DNA of 63,313 bases, filler included, from Actinomycetota bacterium (GCA_025963875.1; 4 parts of 4 records of this genome joined end to end with filler, not necessarily neighbours in it), one strand, 5' to 3'. Positions 1 through 10,764 are shown, counted from the whole stretch's first letter. The notes: a model not told the origin generated them from the sequence alone. Program-made: numbers and translations.

Positions 1-1980
1 GCCCTGCTCGCCTCACGGCTCAAGTCGGACTTCGTCGCGACGATGAGCCATGAGATCCGTACGCCGATGAACGGGGTGATCGGCCTGACGGGCCTCCTGC
101 TCAACACGGATCTGACCGACACGCAGCGCCAGTACGCCGAGGGCGTGCGCCACTCGGGCGAGGGTCTGCTGACCATCATCAACGACATCCTGGACTTCTC
201 CAAGATCGAAGCGGGCAAGCTCCAGCTCGAGGCTGTCGACTTCAACCTCCCCCAGGCAGTGGACGACGTGGCAGCCCTGATGGCCGAGCTGAGCCGGGGA
301 AAGGGCATCGAGCTGGTGGCGTACTGCCGCCCCGATGTGCCGGCGTCGCTCCGGGGCGATGTCGGTCGGCTCCGTCAGATCCTCCTCAACCTCGTCTCCA
401 ACGCCGTGAAGTTCACGGACGGGGGCGAGGTGGTGCTCCGGGCACGGCTGCAGGGCGAGCCCACCGCCGACCAGGTCCTCGTGCGCTTCGAGGTCGCGGA
501 CACCGGCATCGGCATCGCGCCGGAGAACGTCAACCGGGTGTTCGAGTCCTTCTCCCAGGCCGACGCCTCCACCACCCGCCGCTACGGCGGGACCGGACTG
601 GGCCTGGCCATCTGCCGCCGACTCGCCGAGGCCATGGGCGGCGGCGTCGGTGTCCAGAGCGAACCCGGCAGGGGCAGCACCTTCTGGGTGGAGCTGCCGT
701 TCGAGGTACAGCGCAACGCCGATGCACCCACGGCGGCGCCCGTCCACAGTCTCCAGGGTCTGCGGGCCATCGTGGTGGACGACAACGAGACCAACCGGAT
801 GGTGCTCGAGTCGCAGCTCACCGCCTGGGACATGCGGGCCGAGGTTGCGGCGGACGGCTCCTCGGCGCTGCAGCGTCTCCGCCAGGCCAACCTCGAGGGA
901 GCACCCTACGACATTGCCCTGCTGGACCTGGCGATGCCCGGCATGGACGGCCTCGAGTTGGCCCGGGCGATCACCGCCGACCCGGCGCTTGCCTCGACCC
1001 CACTGCTCCTGCTGAGCTCGATGCCGGTCGAGGCAGAGGCCGCGACGGAGGCGGGCTTCGGGGCCTGCCTCACAAAGCCCGTCCGGCTGTCCCAGCTCTA
1101 CGACCACATGGTCCGCGCGGTCGGCCGGATCACGGCGCCGGCGGTGGCCCCGCAGCCGCCACGGGCGCACGGAGAGCGTGGCCATGTCCTGGTGGTCGAA
1201 GACCAGAGCATCAACCAGACCGTCGCCAGGGGGATCCTGGACTCCCTGGGGTACGGGTGCGATGTGGCCGCCAACGGGATCGAGGCGCTGGAGGCGCTGG
1301 GGCTGCGAAGCTACGACGCCGTCCTGATGGACTGCCACATGCCGGAGATGGACGGCTACGAGGCGACCGCCGAGATCCGCCGCCGGGAGGAGGGTCAACG
1401 CCGAACGCCCATCATCGCGATGACCGCCGCGGCGCTGCCCGAGGACCACAACAAGTGCCTGGCCGCGGGGATGGACGATTTCGTCTCCAAACCGGTCACC
1501 GCCGAAGCGCTCCAGGAAGCGCTGGCCCGGTGGGGCCAGGAGCGGCAGCCCACCGGCGAGGCCGAACGACCCATCGAAGCGCCGACCGAATCACGGCCCG
1601 AGGCGCCCCTCAAGGCGCCGGATGATGGACTCGACCTGGATCGCCTCGACATGCTCCGCACGCTGGGTCCCGCCGACGGTTGGGGTCTCCTTCCCTCCCT
1701 CGTCCGCCTCTTCGTGAGGGACGGACCCGACTGGGTGGCGTCGGTCCGGGACGCCGTCGAGGCCCACGACGGACCGCTCTTCGCGCAACGTGCCCACCGG
1801 CTGAGAGGCGCAGCAGCCAACATCGGCGCGACCGGCGTGGGTGACCTCTGCCAGGCGCTCGAGCTCGCCGGTCCATCGGCGGCCGGGGAATCCGAATCCG
1901 CCCTCCTCCTCGACCGGCTCGATGCAGAGCTCGCCCGGACGGCCGAGGCCCTGGCCGGCATCGTCGCAACCGCTCCGTGA
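1..1980 (+). CDS. Hybrid sensor histidine kinase (HisKA-HATPase-REC-REC-Hpt), 5' truncated by the window
   Basis: [12 protein letters not shown]-box, [11 protein letters not shown]-box, GTGLGL G2 box, two receiver domains (LLDLAMP, LMDCHMP), Hpt motif [13 protein letters not shown]; frame is open from base 1. Confidence 0.95.
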   Translation, partial: ALLASRLKSDFVATMSHEIRTPMNGVIGLTGLLLNTDLTDTQRQYAEGVRHSGEGLLTIINDILDFSKIEAGKLQLEAVDFNLPQAVDDVAALMAELSRGKGIELVAYCRPDVPASLRGDVGRLRQILLNLVSNAVKFTDGGEVVLRARLQGEPTADQVLVRFEVADTGIGIAPENVNRVFESFSQADASTTRRYGGTGLGLAICRRLAEAMGGGVGVQSEPGRGSTFWVELPFEVQRNADAPTAAPVHSLQGLRAIVVDDNETNRMVLESQLTAWDMRAEVAADGSSALQRLRQANLEGAPYDIALLDLAMPGMDGLELARAITADPALASTPLLLLSSMPVEAEAATEAGFGACLTKPVRLSQLYDHMVRAVGRITAPAVAPQPPRAHGERGHVLVVEDQSINQTVARGILDSLGYGCDVAANGIEALEALGLRSYDAVLMDCHMPEMDGYEATAEIRRREEGQRRTPIIAMTAAALPEDHNKCLAAGMDDFVSKPVTAEALQEALARWGQERQPTGEAERPIEAPTESRPEAPLKAPDDGLDLDRLDMLRTLGPADGWGLLPSLVRLFVRDGPDWVASVRDAVEAHDGPLFAQRAHRLRGAAANIGATGVGDLCQALELAGPSAAGESESALLLDRLDAELARTAEALAGIVATAP

Positions 1981-2897
1981 ACATCCTCGTTGCGGACGAC
2001 GACCTGGGATCGAGGCTGGTTGCCCAGGCCGTCGTCGAGGGCCTCGGGCACGAGTGCGTCGTGGTAGCCGATGGGGCCGCGGCGTGGCAGGCGATCGAAG
2101 GCCACCCTCCCGAAGTCCTGGTCACCGATCTGATGATGCCCGGGATGGACGGACTCGAGCTGTGCAGGAGGATCCGCGCAGCCGAGCAGGACAGCTACAC
2201 CTACATCGTCCTCGTGACCTCGCTCGCCGAGCGCCGCGATGTGCTGTCCGGCATGCAGGCGGGTGCCGACGACTACCTCACCAAGCCCCTTGACCCGTTC
2301 GAGCTCGAGACGAGACTCCTCGCGGCCGGTCGGGTGACCGCCCTCCATGCCGACCTTGGTCGGTGCCGGGCCGACCTGGTTCGACTCGCCCGAACCGATC
2401 CCCTCACGGGGCTGCGCAACCGGCAGGGCCTCGCAGAGGAACTTGCCCTGCTGCACCTCCGCAGCGAACGCCACGACCGGAACTATGCAGTGGCCATCTG
2501 CGACGTGGATTTCTTCAAGGCCTACAACGACGCGTATGGACACCAGGCCGGGGACGACGCTCTGCGGAGCGTTGCCGCCACCCTGACGGCGCAGACGAGG
2601 GACGGCGACGGCGTGTACCGCTATGGCGGCGAGGAATTCCTGCTGATCCTCCCCGAACAGACATTGCCGTCGGCGGTCGCCGTCATGGAGCGGATCCGCC
2701 GGGCCGTGCAGGACCTCGGCATCCCCCACGGAGCGGGCGGCGCCGGCAGTGTCGTCATGCTGAGCACCGGGATCGCCGCCTTCCTCCCCGGTGGCCGGAC
2801 GGTGACGAGCGAGGAGCTTCTGAGAGAAGCCGACAAGGCGGTCTACGCCGCCAAGTCCCGGGGCCGCAACGCGGTCGTGGCGGCCGAGGCGGGGTGA
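1977..2897 (+). CDS. Response-regulator diguanylate cyclase (REC-GGEEF)
   Basis: N-terminal REC ([11 protein letters not shown]), [14 protein letters not shown] active site with RDGD I-site; GTGA overlap with the kinase. Confidence 0.95.
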   Translation: MNILVADDDLGSRLVAQAVVEGLGHECVVVADGAAAWQAIEGHPPEVLVTDLMMPGMDGLELCRRIRAAEQDSYTYIVLVTSLAERRDVLSGMQAGADDYLTKPLDPFELETRLLAAGRVTALHADLGRCRADLVRLARTDPLTGLRNRQGLAEELALLHLRSERHDRNYAVAICDVDFFKAYNDAYGHQAGDDALRSVAATLTAQTRDGDGVYRYGGEEFLLILPEQTLPSAVAVMERIRRAVQDLGIPHGAGGAGSVVMLSTGIAAFLPGGRTVTSEELLREADKAVYAAKSRGRNAVVAAEAG

Positions 2898-2900
2898 GGC

Positions 2901-3383
2901 CTACACGACAACCAGTTCTGCCGACACGTCCCCACCGGCGATCTCCAGGATCGCCACGGTCGGCACCTTGGCCTGGCGGGGGTCGCAGGCGCTGCCGGGG
3001 TTCAGCAGCATGAGGCCGTCCCGATCCTCGACGACCGGCATGTGGGAGTGGCCGTAGACGACAACCCGGACGCCGGGGAAGCGGCGCCGCATCCGCTCCC
3101 GGCGGCCCTTCGACGGCCCCGAGTCGTGGACCATCCCGACGGTGACGCCGCCGATGTCGAGCCGGAGCTGCACCGGGAGCGCGGCCTGCAGCGCTGCGTC
3201 GTCGATGTTGCCGGCCACCGCGTGCACGGGAGCCAGGGCGGCGAGATCGTCGAGGGCTGCCCTCACGCTGACGTCGCCGGCATGCAGGATCAGGTCGACG
3301 CCCTCGAACACCTCGGCGACCCGCGAAGGGATCCCTGGCGCCCGCGAGGGGATATGCGTATCGGAGAGGACCCCCACCCGCAT
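2901..3383 (-). CDS. YfcE/MJ0936-type metallophosphoesterase
   Basis: LSDTH, HAGD, GNID, GHSH and NPGS motifs; start at MRVGVLSDTH. Confidence 0.9.
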   Translation of the reverse strand: MRVGVLSDTHIPSRAPGIPSRVAEVFEGVDLILHAGDVSVRAALDDLAALAPVHAVAGNIDDAALQAALPVQLRLDIGGVTVGMVHDSGPSKGRRERMRRRFPGVRVVVYGHSHMPVVEDRDGLMLLNPGSACDPRQAKVPTVAILEIAGGDVSAELVVV

Positions 3384-3397
3384 CGTGGTGCTTGCGG

Positions 3398-4132
3398 TCA
3401 GCTCTTCAGGACGAACGAGCCCTGCGGCGTCGAGTTCCCGGCCCTGGCCTCCACGGTGACGGCCATGCCCTGCATGTTCGAAAGGTTGGTCCGGATCTGC
3501 ACCAGTGCGAGCCCCGACTCGTCGGGCCGGAATGCCTGGACGGGCACGGGAACGTTGTTGTTCCCTATCAACCAGAGCTGGTAGACGTTCTTGCCGGGGT
3601 CCGACAGCCCGCGTGCCACGAGTCCCGCGGTGTGCTTGTCTCCCGAGACGTAGAGCTCGGCCGAGGCATTCACCCCCGGACCCGTCCCCGTCATGGGCAC
3701 CGCCGTGGCGAGCGGGCTGGCCAGGGCCTGGAAGATCTCGTTCTGGGCCGCCAGCTTGCGCGCCTGATCGTGGAGGTGGCGGGTCTGGCGGTAGCTGAAT
3801 GCCCCCAGCACGATCAGCGCTGCCACCGCCACGAGCGCTGACAGCCGCTCCCACGTCACCGGCGGGCGGGGTCGCAGGGGTACCGCCGGAGGCAACGAGG
3901 GCGCCTGGGGGGTGGAGGCCACCGCCGTCATGAGCCGGCTGCGCAGCGCCGCAGGCGGCGTCACGGGCTCGGCGGCCAGGGCCAGGCTGGCGGCCGCCTG
4001 CACGTCGGACTCCAGCAGCATGCGGCAGGGCTGGCAGGTTTCCAGGTGGCCGCGGACCTCCAGCTCCTCGTCGCCGTCGAGGGCGTCGAGCGCGTAGATC
4101 GGGACCAGGTCGCGGAGCTCGTCGTGGGTCAT
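3398..4132 (-). CDS. Anti-sigma factor, RskA-like with zinc-finger N-terminus
   Basis: HLETCQPC (HxxxCxxC), one TM helix, YQLWLI and MAVTVE...P motifs; coupled to the sigma gene. Confidence 0.88.
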   Translation of the reverse strand: MTHDELRDLVPIYALDALDGDEELEVRGHLETCQPCRMLLESDVQAAASLALAAEPVTPPAALRSRLMTAVASTPQAPSLPPAVPLRPRPPVTWERLSALVAVAALIVLGAFSYRQTRHLHDQARKLAAQNEIFQALASPLATAVPMTGTGPGVNASAELYVSGDKHTAGLVARGLSDPGKNVYQLWLIGNNNVPVPVQAFRPDESGLALVQIRTNLSNMQGMAVTVEARAGNSTPQGSFVLKS

Positions 4133-4707
4133 ATCTCACCCGCCTGGAGATGGGGGAGGAGGCCGCGCAGGCGGATCATGCCGTCGCGCAGCCGGGTCTT
4201 GGCGGTCCCGAGCGGGATACCGAGCTTGTCGGCGACCTCGCTGTAGGTCAGGCCCTCGAAGTAGGCGAGCTCGAGCGCCTCTCGCTGCACCGGGGACAAT
4301 CGGGCGACCGCCGAGCGAACCTCCTTGCGTCGCACCCCGAGCCACGCAGCCTCGACCACTTCTTCCCCCTCTGTCTCCGCGGTGAAGTCCGCAGCACCTT
4401 CCTCCCGGCGGCGCAGCGACTCTTCGTGGCGCACCGCGTCCACAGCTTTGTTGTGCACCGCGGCGAAGAGATAGGCGGCGACGCTGCCCCGATCCGGGTC
4501 GAATCTGGCGGCCCGTTGCCATATGGAAAGAAAGGCCTCCTGCACCACATCCTCCGCCAGCGCTCTGCTGTTGCAGATCTTCAGGGCCATCCCGAAAGAC
4601 GACGCCCCGTAGCGGTCGTAAAGAGCGGCGAAGGCAGCCTGGTCCCCCTGGGCAACCCGTTGAAGCAGGGACCGATCCTCGTCCTGAGACTCGCTCGGCT
4701 TGCGCAT
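4129..4707 (-). CDS. ECF RNA polymerase sigma factor, SigK-like
   Basis: AEDVVQEAF region 2; LAYFEGLTYSEVADKLGIPLGTAKTRLRDG region 4. Confidence 0.93.
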   Translation of the reverse strand: MRKPSESQDEDRSLLQRVAQGDQAAFAALYDRYGASSFGMALKICNSRALAEDVVQEAFLSIWQRAARFDPDRGSVAAYLFAAVHNKAVDAVRHEESLRRREEGAADFTAETEGEEVVEAAWLGVRRKEVRSAVARLSPVQREALELAYFEGLTYSEVADKLGIPLGTAKTRLRDGMIRLRGLLPHLQAGEI

Positions 4708-5042
4708 GGTGTATTCGTTCCCGGCCCCTGTCCGGATGGGAACCGGATTGGGACCGTGCCGCTCGCCGGCACCGGTCCCGACAGCCCCTCGAGAATTTTA
4801 ACCCCCCCGCAAGGCGGCCCCTCGTCCATACCCATAGACGCTTGACGAACGGGGCTTGCGTAAGGTCCCGCGTGATACAGTTTCCGTCGAGGGCACCGGC
4901 TAAGGTCATGCGTTCTGCAGCACCAGCAGTTCCCTCCGTAGGTTCCGGGCTAGACGGTTGGAGGTCCTCACAGGGAGGACCGATCCGCCTGGTACAGACC
5001 GGCGCGTTTGGTAAGTGAAGCACCGAAGGGAGGGAACTGCAG

Positions 5043-5246
5043 ATGCCGCAAGGCACGGTGAAGTGGTTCAGTGCTGAGAAGGGGTACGGTTTCATCTCAC
5101 GCCCCGACGGGGATGATGTCTTCGTACATTTCAGCGCTATTGAGGGCGAGGGGTACCGCAACCTCGAGCAGGGCGAAACCGTCGAATTCGAGGTCACCCA
5201 GGGGCCCAAGGGTCTCCAGGCGTCCAAGGTCCGGAGGATGATGTAG
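5043..5246 (+). CDS. cspA: Cold-shock protein
   Basis: [15 protein letters not shown] and [12 protein letters not shown] motifs; 67 aa. Confidence 0.97.
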   Translation: MPQGTVKWFSAEKGYGFISRPDGDDVFVHFSAIEGEGYRNLEQGETVEFEVTQGPKGLQASKVRRMM

Positions 5247-5337
5247 CGGTAGCACCTCCGCACCACCGGCTCGGACCCGCCGCGGGTCCAGCGGATAGCC
5301 TGGCAACGCAGAGGGGGGGAGCCAGACGTCTCCCCAT

Positions 5338-5778
5338 GTGGCAGCCACGCTGCCCCGCGTCGCTCATCTCACGGGTGAGCACTGCCGGGCACAAGCCAAG
5401 GAGCAATGCTTGGAAGCAGCAACTACGGTGGCATGGGAGGGACGGTTCGGCGACGCCGACCTGAAGATCGAGATCCCACCATCCGGTCGGATCCACGCCG
5501 AGTGGCGCACCCCTGCGGGCAGCCGCCAGAAGGTCGTGGACTCGATCGAACAGCTCGAGCGCAGCGTCCTGTTCCAGTTGATGGTCGGCGCGAACGTGCG
5601 CGACGAGGTCCGTGAGGAGATTGCGGATGCAGTCGCGCTCACGCTGGCGAACCGGACGCCACTGCCGTCCGACGACCCCTCCCAGCCTCGCCGCCCACCT
5701 CGGCGCAAAGCCCGGCCGAACCAGCCGCCGCGGCGTCGTACCGGGGGCGCAGCGAGCCGAGGCCGGCGGCGCCACTAG
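5338..5778 (+). CDS. Hypothetical protein
   Basis: 146-aa ORF with plausible composition and Arg/Pro-rich tail; no recognised motif. Confidence 0.55.
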   Translation: MAATLPRVAHLTGEHCRAQAKEQCLEAATTVAWEGRFGDADLKIEIPPSGRIHAEWRTPAGSRQKVVDSIEQLERSVLFQLMVGANVRDEVREEIADAVALTLANRTPLPSDDPSQPRRPPRRKARPNQPPRRRTGGAASRGRRRH

Positions 5779-5813
5779 ACGCGCTGTCTAGCCTCAACGC
5801 GCCACCCCTCAGC

Positions 5814-5864
5814 CCGAAGTAAGTCGTCTATCGCGCATCTGCGCGCGATTGCGGACCAAGCTCG
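5814..5864. repeat. Intergenic ~50-bp imperfect palindrome (TCGCGC-core family, copy 1)
   Basis: ccgaagtaagtcgtctatcgcgcatctgcgcgcgattgcggaccaagctcg; related to copies near 39941, 43638 and 56688. Confidence 0.7.
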
Positions 5865-5887
5865 TCCAGCGACGAGCCGACTAGGAG

Positions 5888-7129
5888 TTAGGTGCAGGCC
5901 GCTGCGGCCTGGAGGGCCGGCTCCGGGGTTGCCGCCTCGCTCTTGGCGGCGCCGTCCCTGGCTCCCTCGTCCTTGGCTCGGTCATCCTTGGCTCCGTCAT
6001 CCTTGGCTCCGTCGCCGCAGGTGGGGCAGTGGGGGTCGCGGCGCAGCTTGAGCTCACGGAAGGTCGTCGACTGCGCGTCGAACATCAACAGCCGGCCGAC
6101 CAGCGGCTCGCCGTAGCCGACGAGGATCTTGAGGGCCTCGTTCGCCTGAAGAACTCCGATGACGCCTGGGAGCACGCCCAGGACCCCGGCCTCGCTTCAA
6201 GTGGGGGCCAGCTCGTCCGGCGGCGCCTCGGGGTGCATGCAGCGATAGCAAGGCCCGCCCGCGGCCGGCCAGAACGTGCTGGCGTAGCCTTCGAAGCGGA
6301 AGATCGAGCCGTAGATGTAGGGCTTGCCCTGCTTCACGGCCGCCTCGTTGATGAGGTACCGGGTCGAGAAGTTGTCGGTGGCGTCGATCACCATGTCGAA
6401 CTGGGCCAGGATGCCGTCGACGTTGTCGGGGGTGAGGCGCTCCTTCCAGATCTGGACGTCGACGTCGGGGTTGAGGTCGTCGATTGCCTGGCGGGCGCTC
6501 TCCGCCTTGTTCATGCCCACGCGCGAAGTGGAGTGGATGACCTGCCGTTGCAGGTTGCTGATGTCGACCGTGTCGAAGTCGACGATGCCGAGCTTGCCGA
6601 CGCCGGCGGCGCCCAGGAAGTAGATGGCAGGGGCGCCGAGGCCGCCGGCCCCGACGACGAGGACCTTGCCCTCGCTGATCTTGCGCTGCCCCGCCTCGCC
6701 CACCTCCGGGAGGACGAAATGCCGTGAGTAACGCTCGCGCTGCTCCGGCGTCCAGTTCTTCGGCTGCACGACCTCGAAGCCGCCGTCTCTCCAGCCGGAG
6801 AAGCCCCGGATCATATGCCGGACGTCGGTGTAGCCGAGTTCCTTCAGCGTCTTGGCGGACATGGCGGAGCGGTTGCCGCCGGCGCAGTACAGGACGATGG
6901 GCGCGTCCTTGTCGGGCAGCTTCTCGTCCACCTGCAGCTCGAAGTAGCCGCGAGGGATGTGGATGGCGCCGGGCAGGTGCCCGGCCCGCCACTCATCGCC
7001 CTCCCGGACGTCGACCAGGGTCATCGGCTCGCGCCGGCGGATCATCTCGTCCACCTGCTCGAGCGTGAGGGGTTCTACTTCAGCCTTGGCCTGCTTGACG
7101 ATGTCCCGGCCACGCTTGCTGTCCGCCAT
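5888..7129 (-). CDS. moeB: Rhodanese-MoeB/ThiF adenylyltransferase, probable selenoprotein (in-frame TGA at 6197-6199)
   Basis: ORFs 6197-7147 and 5888-6175 share a frame. Rhodanese LYCAGGNRS, RYSRH, GAGGLG, SNLQRQ, CYRC, then APT-TGA-SEAGVLGVLPG where MoeB has the conserved Cys (PxCxEAGVLG), and a final CPTC. Confidence 0.9.
6165..6182 (-). promoter_or_regulatory. Candidate bacterial SECIS hairpin of moeB
   Basis: cctggg-cgtgct-cccagg stem-loop starting 14 nt 3' of the TGA on the minus strand. Confidence 0.65.
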
Positions 7130-7289
7130 GTGTCTCTCCAGGTTCAATTTGGGTCGATGGGCCTACTTCCAAGTATATAAACCATCACAACGCTGCAAAT
7201 GTCCCAGGAATTCCCCGCCCGGCCCAAACCCGTCGGGCTCAACGTCGGGCTCTCGGCGGGGCCACCAGCACCGTGAGTAAGCTGGAGGT

Positions 7290-8000
7290 ATGGCATTCCT
7301 GACCGACACCGACGCCTCCTACCTGCGGGAGAAACTCGCCGAGTTGCTCGTCCGGCCGGTCGGCCTGCGCCTCTTCACCGAGCCTGTCGGCGGTCTGTAC
7401 GTACCCGGCCGGCGCACCTGCGAGACCTGCGCCGACGCCGAGGCCCTCATGAAGGAGGTCGCAGCCCTGTCGGACCAGATCCACCTCGAGATCGTCGACG
7501 TCTCCACCCGCCGGGATGAGGCCGAGCAATGGGGGGTCGTCCACCTCCCCACCATCGCCGTGGGGCCGGGCGACGAGGACTCCGGGGTGCGGTTTCAGGG
7601 GATGCCCGACGGCTACGAGTTCACGTCGTTCGTCGAGACCCTCGCCTCGGCGGGAACCGAGAACGGGCACGGCCTGGAGCCCGAGACGCTCGAGGCCCTC
7701 GCCGCGCTGCCCGCCGGCGTCGAGATCAAGACCTTCGTCACCCCCACCTGACCGCACTGCCCCCGCGCTGTCGTGACAGCGCACAGGATGGCACTGGCGA
7801 GCCCCCTCGTCCGGTCCACCTCCGTCGAGGCCCAGGAGTTCCCGGATCTCGCCCGGCACTACCAGGTATCCGCGGTCCCCAAGATCGTGCTGAACGACCG
7901 GGTCGAGTTCATGGGGGCCGTGCCCGAGGCCATGTTCCTGGAGGCGGTGCTGGCGGCAGTCGCCGACGGGACCGAGCCGGCCGCGGAGGCTACGCCGTAA
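7290..8000 (+). CDS. Two-domain glutaredoxin-like protein disulfide oxidoreductase (AhpF-NTD/PDO type), probable selenoprotein (TGA at 7749-7751)
   Basis: ORFs 7290-7751 and 7773-8000 share a frame. CETC first motif, G.P.GYEF, then FVTPT-TGA-PHCP (UxxC), SAVPKIV and GAVPE. Confidence 0.9.
7765..7782 (+). promoter_or_regulatory. Candidate bacterial SECIS hairpin of the glutaredoxin-like gene
   Basis: gcgctgt-cgtg-acagcgc perfect stem starting 13 nt after the TGA. Confidence 0.7.
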
Positions 8001-8982
8001 GCGGAAACACCTCGCTGGCGAATAGCTCCACGGCCGAGGCGTCGGCCAGCTGGAAGGGAAGCAGGCCGAAGCTCAAGATGATCTCCTCCACGCCCAGGGT
8101 GGCGAAGTCCTCCACTGTGGCGGCAATTTCGTCCGGCGTTCCCACCAACTTGTCCCGGCGCCACTCGTCGAGGCGCAGCCGTGGAGTGGTTCCGGGGAAT
8201 GCCGCCAGGTACCGGTCCCAACGGGCCTGCAGGTCGATCGGGTCGGAGCCGGGCAGGCAGTAGAGGCCGACCGAGCGCCGGACCGAGGCCGGATCCCTCC
8301 CCGCCCGCCTCGCCGCCCGCTCGAGGAGCTGGACCCGGCCGGCGTAGGCCTCCGGGGTCCAGGCCCAGGCGGTGTTGAAGCCGCCGGCCAGGCGGCCGGC
8401 AAGCGACACGAGACGGTCGCCCTTCCCTCCCAGCCACACCGTGGGTGGAGACTGCACCGGCTGGGGCAGGTTCCGGCCCTGGCGGATCTTGTAGTACTTA
8501 CCGCTGAACGACAATTCGGGCCTCGACAGCAGGCTGGTGACGATCTGCAGGGCCTCGGTCAGGCGGGCGATCCTGACCCCCGGCGGCTCGAAGGGAACAC
8601 CGGCTGCCTCGTACTCCTCCTCGTACCAACCTGCGCCCATCCCCAGCTCGAGCCTCCCACCGGACACGAGGTCGATGGTGGTGGCCGTCTTTGCCAGCAC
8701 GGTGGGGAGGCGGAGGTCGTTGCAGACCACCAGGGTGCCGAGCCGGACCCGATCGGTGGCGGCAGCCAGGGCGGCCAGCGTTGCCAGGCACTCCATGGCC
8801 CCCTGCTTGCGCTCGGCGGCTCCGTAGCGAGCGGTGTCGAGGAAGAGGTGATCGGAGAGCCAGACGGAGGAAAAACCGAGTTCTTCTGCCCGCTGGGCCC
8901 AGTCGCGCACAAACGACCAGCCGATCTCGGGAATCCCGGGAACGGAGAAGTCGTACTGGGGAAGCGCCAAGCCGAATCGCAT
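7990..8982 (-). CDS. LLM-class (luciferase-like, possibly F420-dependent) oxidoreductase
   Basis: AEELGFSSVWLSDH, RVRLGTLV, SGGRLELGMGAGW and VWLGG motifs. Confidence 0.92.
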   Translation of the reverse strand: MRFGLALPQYDFSVPGIPEIGWSFVRDWAQRAEELGFSSVWLSDHLFLDTARYGAAERKQGAMECLATLAALAAATDRVRLGTLVVCNDLRLPTVLAKTATTIDLVSGGRLELGMGAGWYEEEYEAAGVPFEPPGVRIARLTEALQIVTSLLSRPELSFSGKYYKIRQGRNLPQPVQSPPTVWLGGKGDRLVSLAGRLAGGFNTAWAWTPEAYAGRVQLLERAARRAGRDPASVRRSVGLYCLPGSDPIDLQARWDRYLAAFPGTTPRLRLDEWRRDKLVGTPDEIAATVEDFATLGVEEIILSFGLLPFQLADASAVELFASEVFPLTA

Positions 8983-9005
8983 GGGAATGGTCTACCCGGG
9001 TCGGG

Positions 9006-9392
9006 TCACGCGATCGGTGAGGCCAGACCCGAGAGGACCACCTCCAGGGCCGCCCTCGCCTCCTCGGCGAGGCCGGTGGCCGCCCAGCCTTCCAGCCCCT
9101 CGGTGGGGTCGAGCATGGCGACCATCGTCCGGCCTTCGTCTTCGAAGACCGCCACGTTGCAGGCGAGGTGATCGCCGACGTCCAGGCCTGGACCGCCGAG
9201 GTTCGTGGTGTTGATGATCCGCTGCCAGACCCCCATGAACAGGTGCTGGCGGCCTGCCTGCTGTGCCAGGGCGGCGGGGGCCGGCATCTCGGAGAGGATG
9301 CGGAATCCCTGCGCCTTCAGCAGCAGCCGGGTGGTGGACACCGCCTGGTCGAAGCCGAGCGCCGTCGTCACGCCCAGCCCGTACTCGTCCAT
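9006..9392 (-). CDS. DUF302-like protein
   Basis: FDQAV...LKAQGFRIL...CNVAVFE...VAMLDP pattern resembles DUF302. Confidence 0.65.
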   Translation of the reverse strand: MDEYGLGVTTALGFDQAVSTTRLLLKAQGFRILSEMPAPAALAQQAGRQHLFMGVWQRIINTTNLGGPGLDVGDHLACNVAVFEDEGRTMVAMLDPTEGLEGWAATGLAEEARAALEVVLSGLASPIA

Positions 9393-9416
9393 ATCGCGAC
9401 ATGGTACTCATAGCCG

Positions 9417-10322
9417 ATGCGACTCCCATCCGATCTCCTGGTGTGCCCGGCGAACGTGTCCGAGGGACGCCGCCTTGTCGTCGTCGCGAGCATCGCCCTC
9501 GCGGCCGGCCGCCCCAGCGTCCAACTTCTCGACGTCCACACCGATCCCGACCACAACCGCAGCGTGCTCACCCTCGCGGGCAGGGCCGATGCCCTGGTGG
9601 ACGGCGTGGTCGCAGCCGCATCGACGGCGGTGCAGATGATCGATCTTCCGACCCACGAGGGCGCCCACCCGCGGCTCGGAGCAATCGACGTCATCCCTTT
9701 TGTACCGGTCAGTACAGATCCGGCCGGGATGGCGACGGCGGTGTCGGCTGCGCGGGAAGCGGCAAGGAGGATCGCGGACGAGGTGGGCATCCCCTGCTTC
9801 CTCTACGGGGAGGCAGGCTCCGGCCGGTCGCTGCCCGAGGTCCGGCGGAGGGCGTTCGCCGACCTTGCCCCCGACTTCGGCGGGCCAGGGCCGCATCCCA
9901 CCGCCGGCGCAGCCGCCGTGGGGGCGCGGGGCCCACTCGTCGCCTACAACGTCGACCTCGACACCGACGACGTCGCGCTTGCCCGTCACATCGCGGCGTC
10001 GATCCGGGAGCGCAATGGCGGGCTCCCCCACGTCCGTGCCCTCGGGATGGCCCTGCCGAGCCGGGGCATCGTGCAGGTGTCGACGAACCTGCTCCTGCCC
10101 GCCGTCACGACCATCGGCGTCGTCTTCGAGGCGGTGGCTGCCCTTGCGGCAGCGGCGGGAGTTGATGTCAGGGGAAGTGAAATCGTGGGGCTGACACCCC
10201 GAGCAGCGTTGCCAGCATCGACAGACCACCTCTTGCTGCGAGAACCGCCCAAGATTCTGGAGGCGGAACTCGCACGATGCATGGCGTCCCCCGGCAAGGA
10301 AACCGGAGCTACCAACCTTTAA
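9417..10322 (+). CDS. ftcD: Glutamate formiminotransferase
   Basis: NVSEGR, DPDHNRSV, HEGAHPRLGAIDVIPFVP, HPTAGA..VGAR..LVAYN and VQVSTNL motifs. Confidence 0.9.
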   Translation: MRLPSDLLVCPANVSEGRRLVVVASIALAAGRPSVQLLDVHTDPDHNRSVLTLAGRADALVDGVVAAASTAVQMIDLPTHEGAHPRLGAIDVIPFVPVSTDPAGMATAVSAAREAARRIADEVGIPCFLYGEAGSGRSLPEVRRRAFADLAPDFGGPGPHPTAGAAAVGARGPLVAYNVDLDTDDVALARHIAASIRERNGGLPHVRALGMALPSRGIVQVSTNLLLPAVTTIGVVFEAVAALAAAAGVDVRGSEIVGLTPRAALPASTDHLLLREPPKILEAELARCMASPGKETGATNL

Positions 10323-10394
10323 GAGACGAGGGTCAAGAGATGACTGCGCCGGCGCACCCCTGGCTGGAGCGACGCCGGTGCAGGCGCTGCTGTG

Positions 10395-10715
10395 CTACTT
10401 CTTGGCGGCGCTCTTCCTTCCTGCCGCCTTGGCCGGGGCCTTTGCTGCCGCTCGAGGTTTGGCCGCGGCCTTCGCCTTCGCGGGTGCAGCCTTCACCTTG
10501 GCCGCTGCCTTGGTGGCAGCCTTAGCAGGCGCCTTCGCCTTCGCGGCAGCCCTTGCCTTTGCCGGGACTGCCTTCGCCCTGGTCGGCGACGCACTCTTCA
10601 GCTTGGTGGCGGGCTTGGCCTTGGCGGCCGCCTTGGCCTTTGCCGGTGCTGCCTTCTTCGCAGGCGCGGCTTTCTTCGCCGCTACCTTCGTTGGAGCTGC
10701 CTTTTTCGCAGGCAT
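10395..10715 (-). CDS. Lys/Ala-rich histone H1-like basic protein
   Basis: MPAKKAAP start with PAKK/AKAK repeats throughout; GGAG upstream. Confidence 0.75.
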   Translation of the reverse strand: MPAKKAAPTKVAAKKAAPAKKAAPAKAKAAAKAKPATKLKSASPTRAKAVPAKARAAAKAKAPAKAATKAAAKVKAAPAKAKAAAKPRAAAKAPAKAAGRKSAAKK

Positions 10716-10764
10716 GCCCGCTACTCCTTTCCCATGGGCTCCGGGCACCGCGGCGAGGGGCCCT

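Noticed and set aside
6197..7751. Reading moeB and the glutaredoxin-like gene as nonsense pseudogenes
   Set aside because: Both stops are TGA at conserved Cys positions with matching downstream hairpins and intact C-terminal parts.
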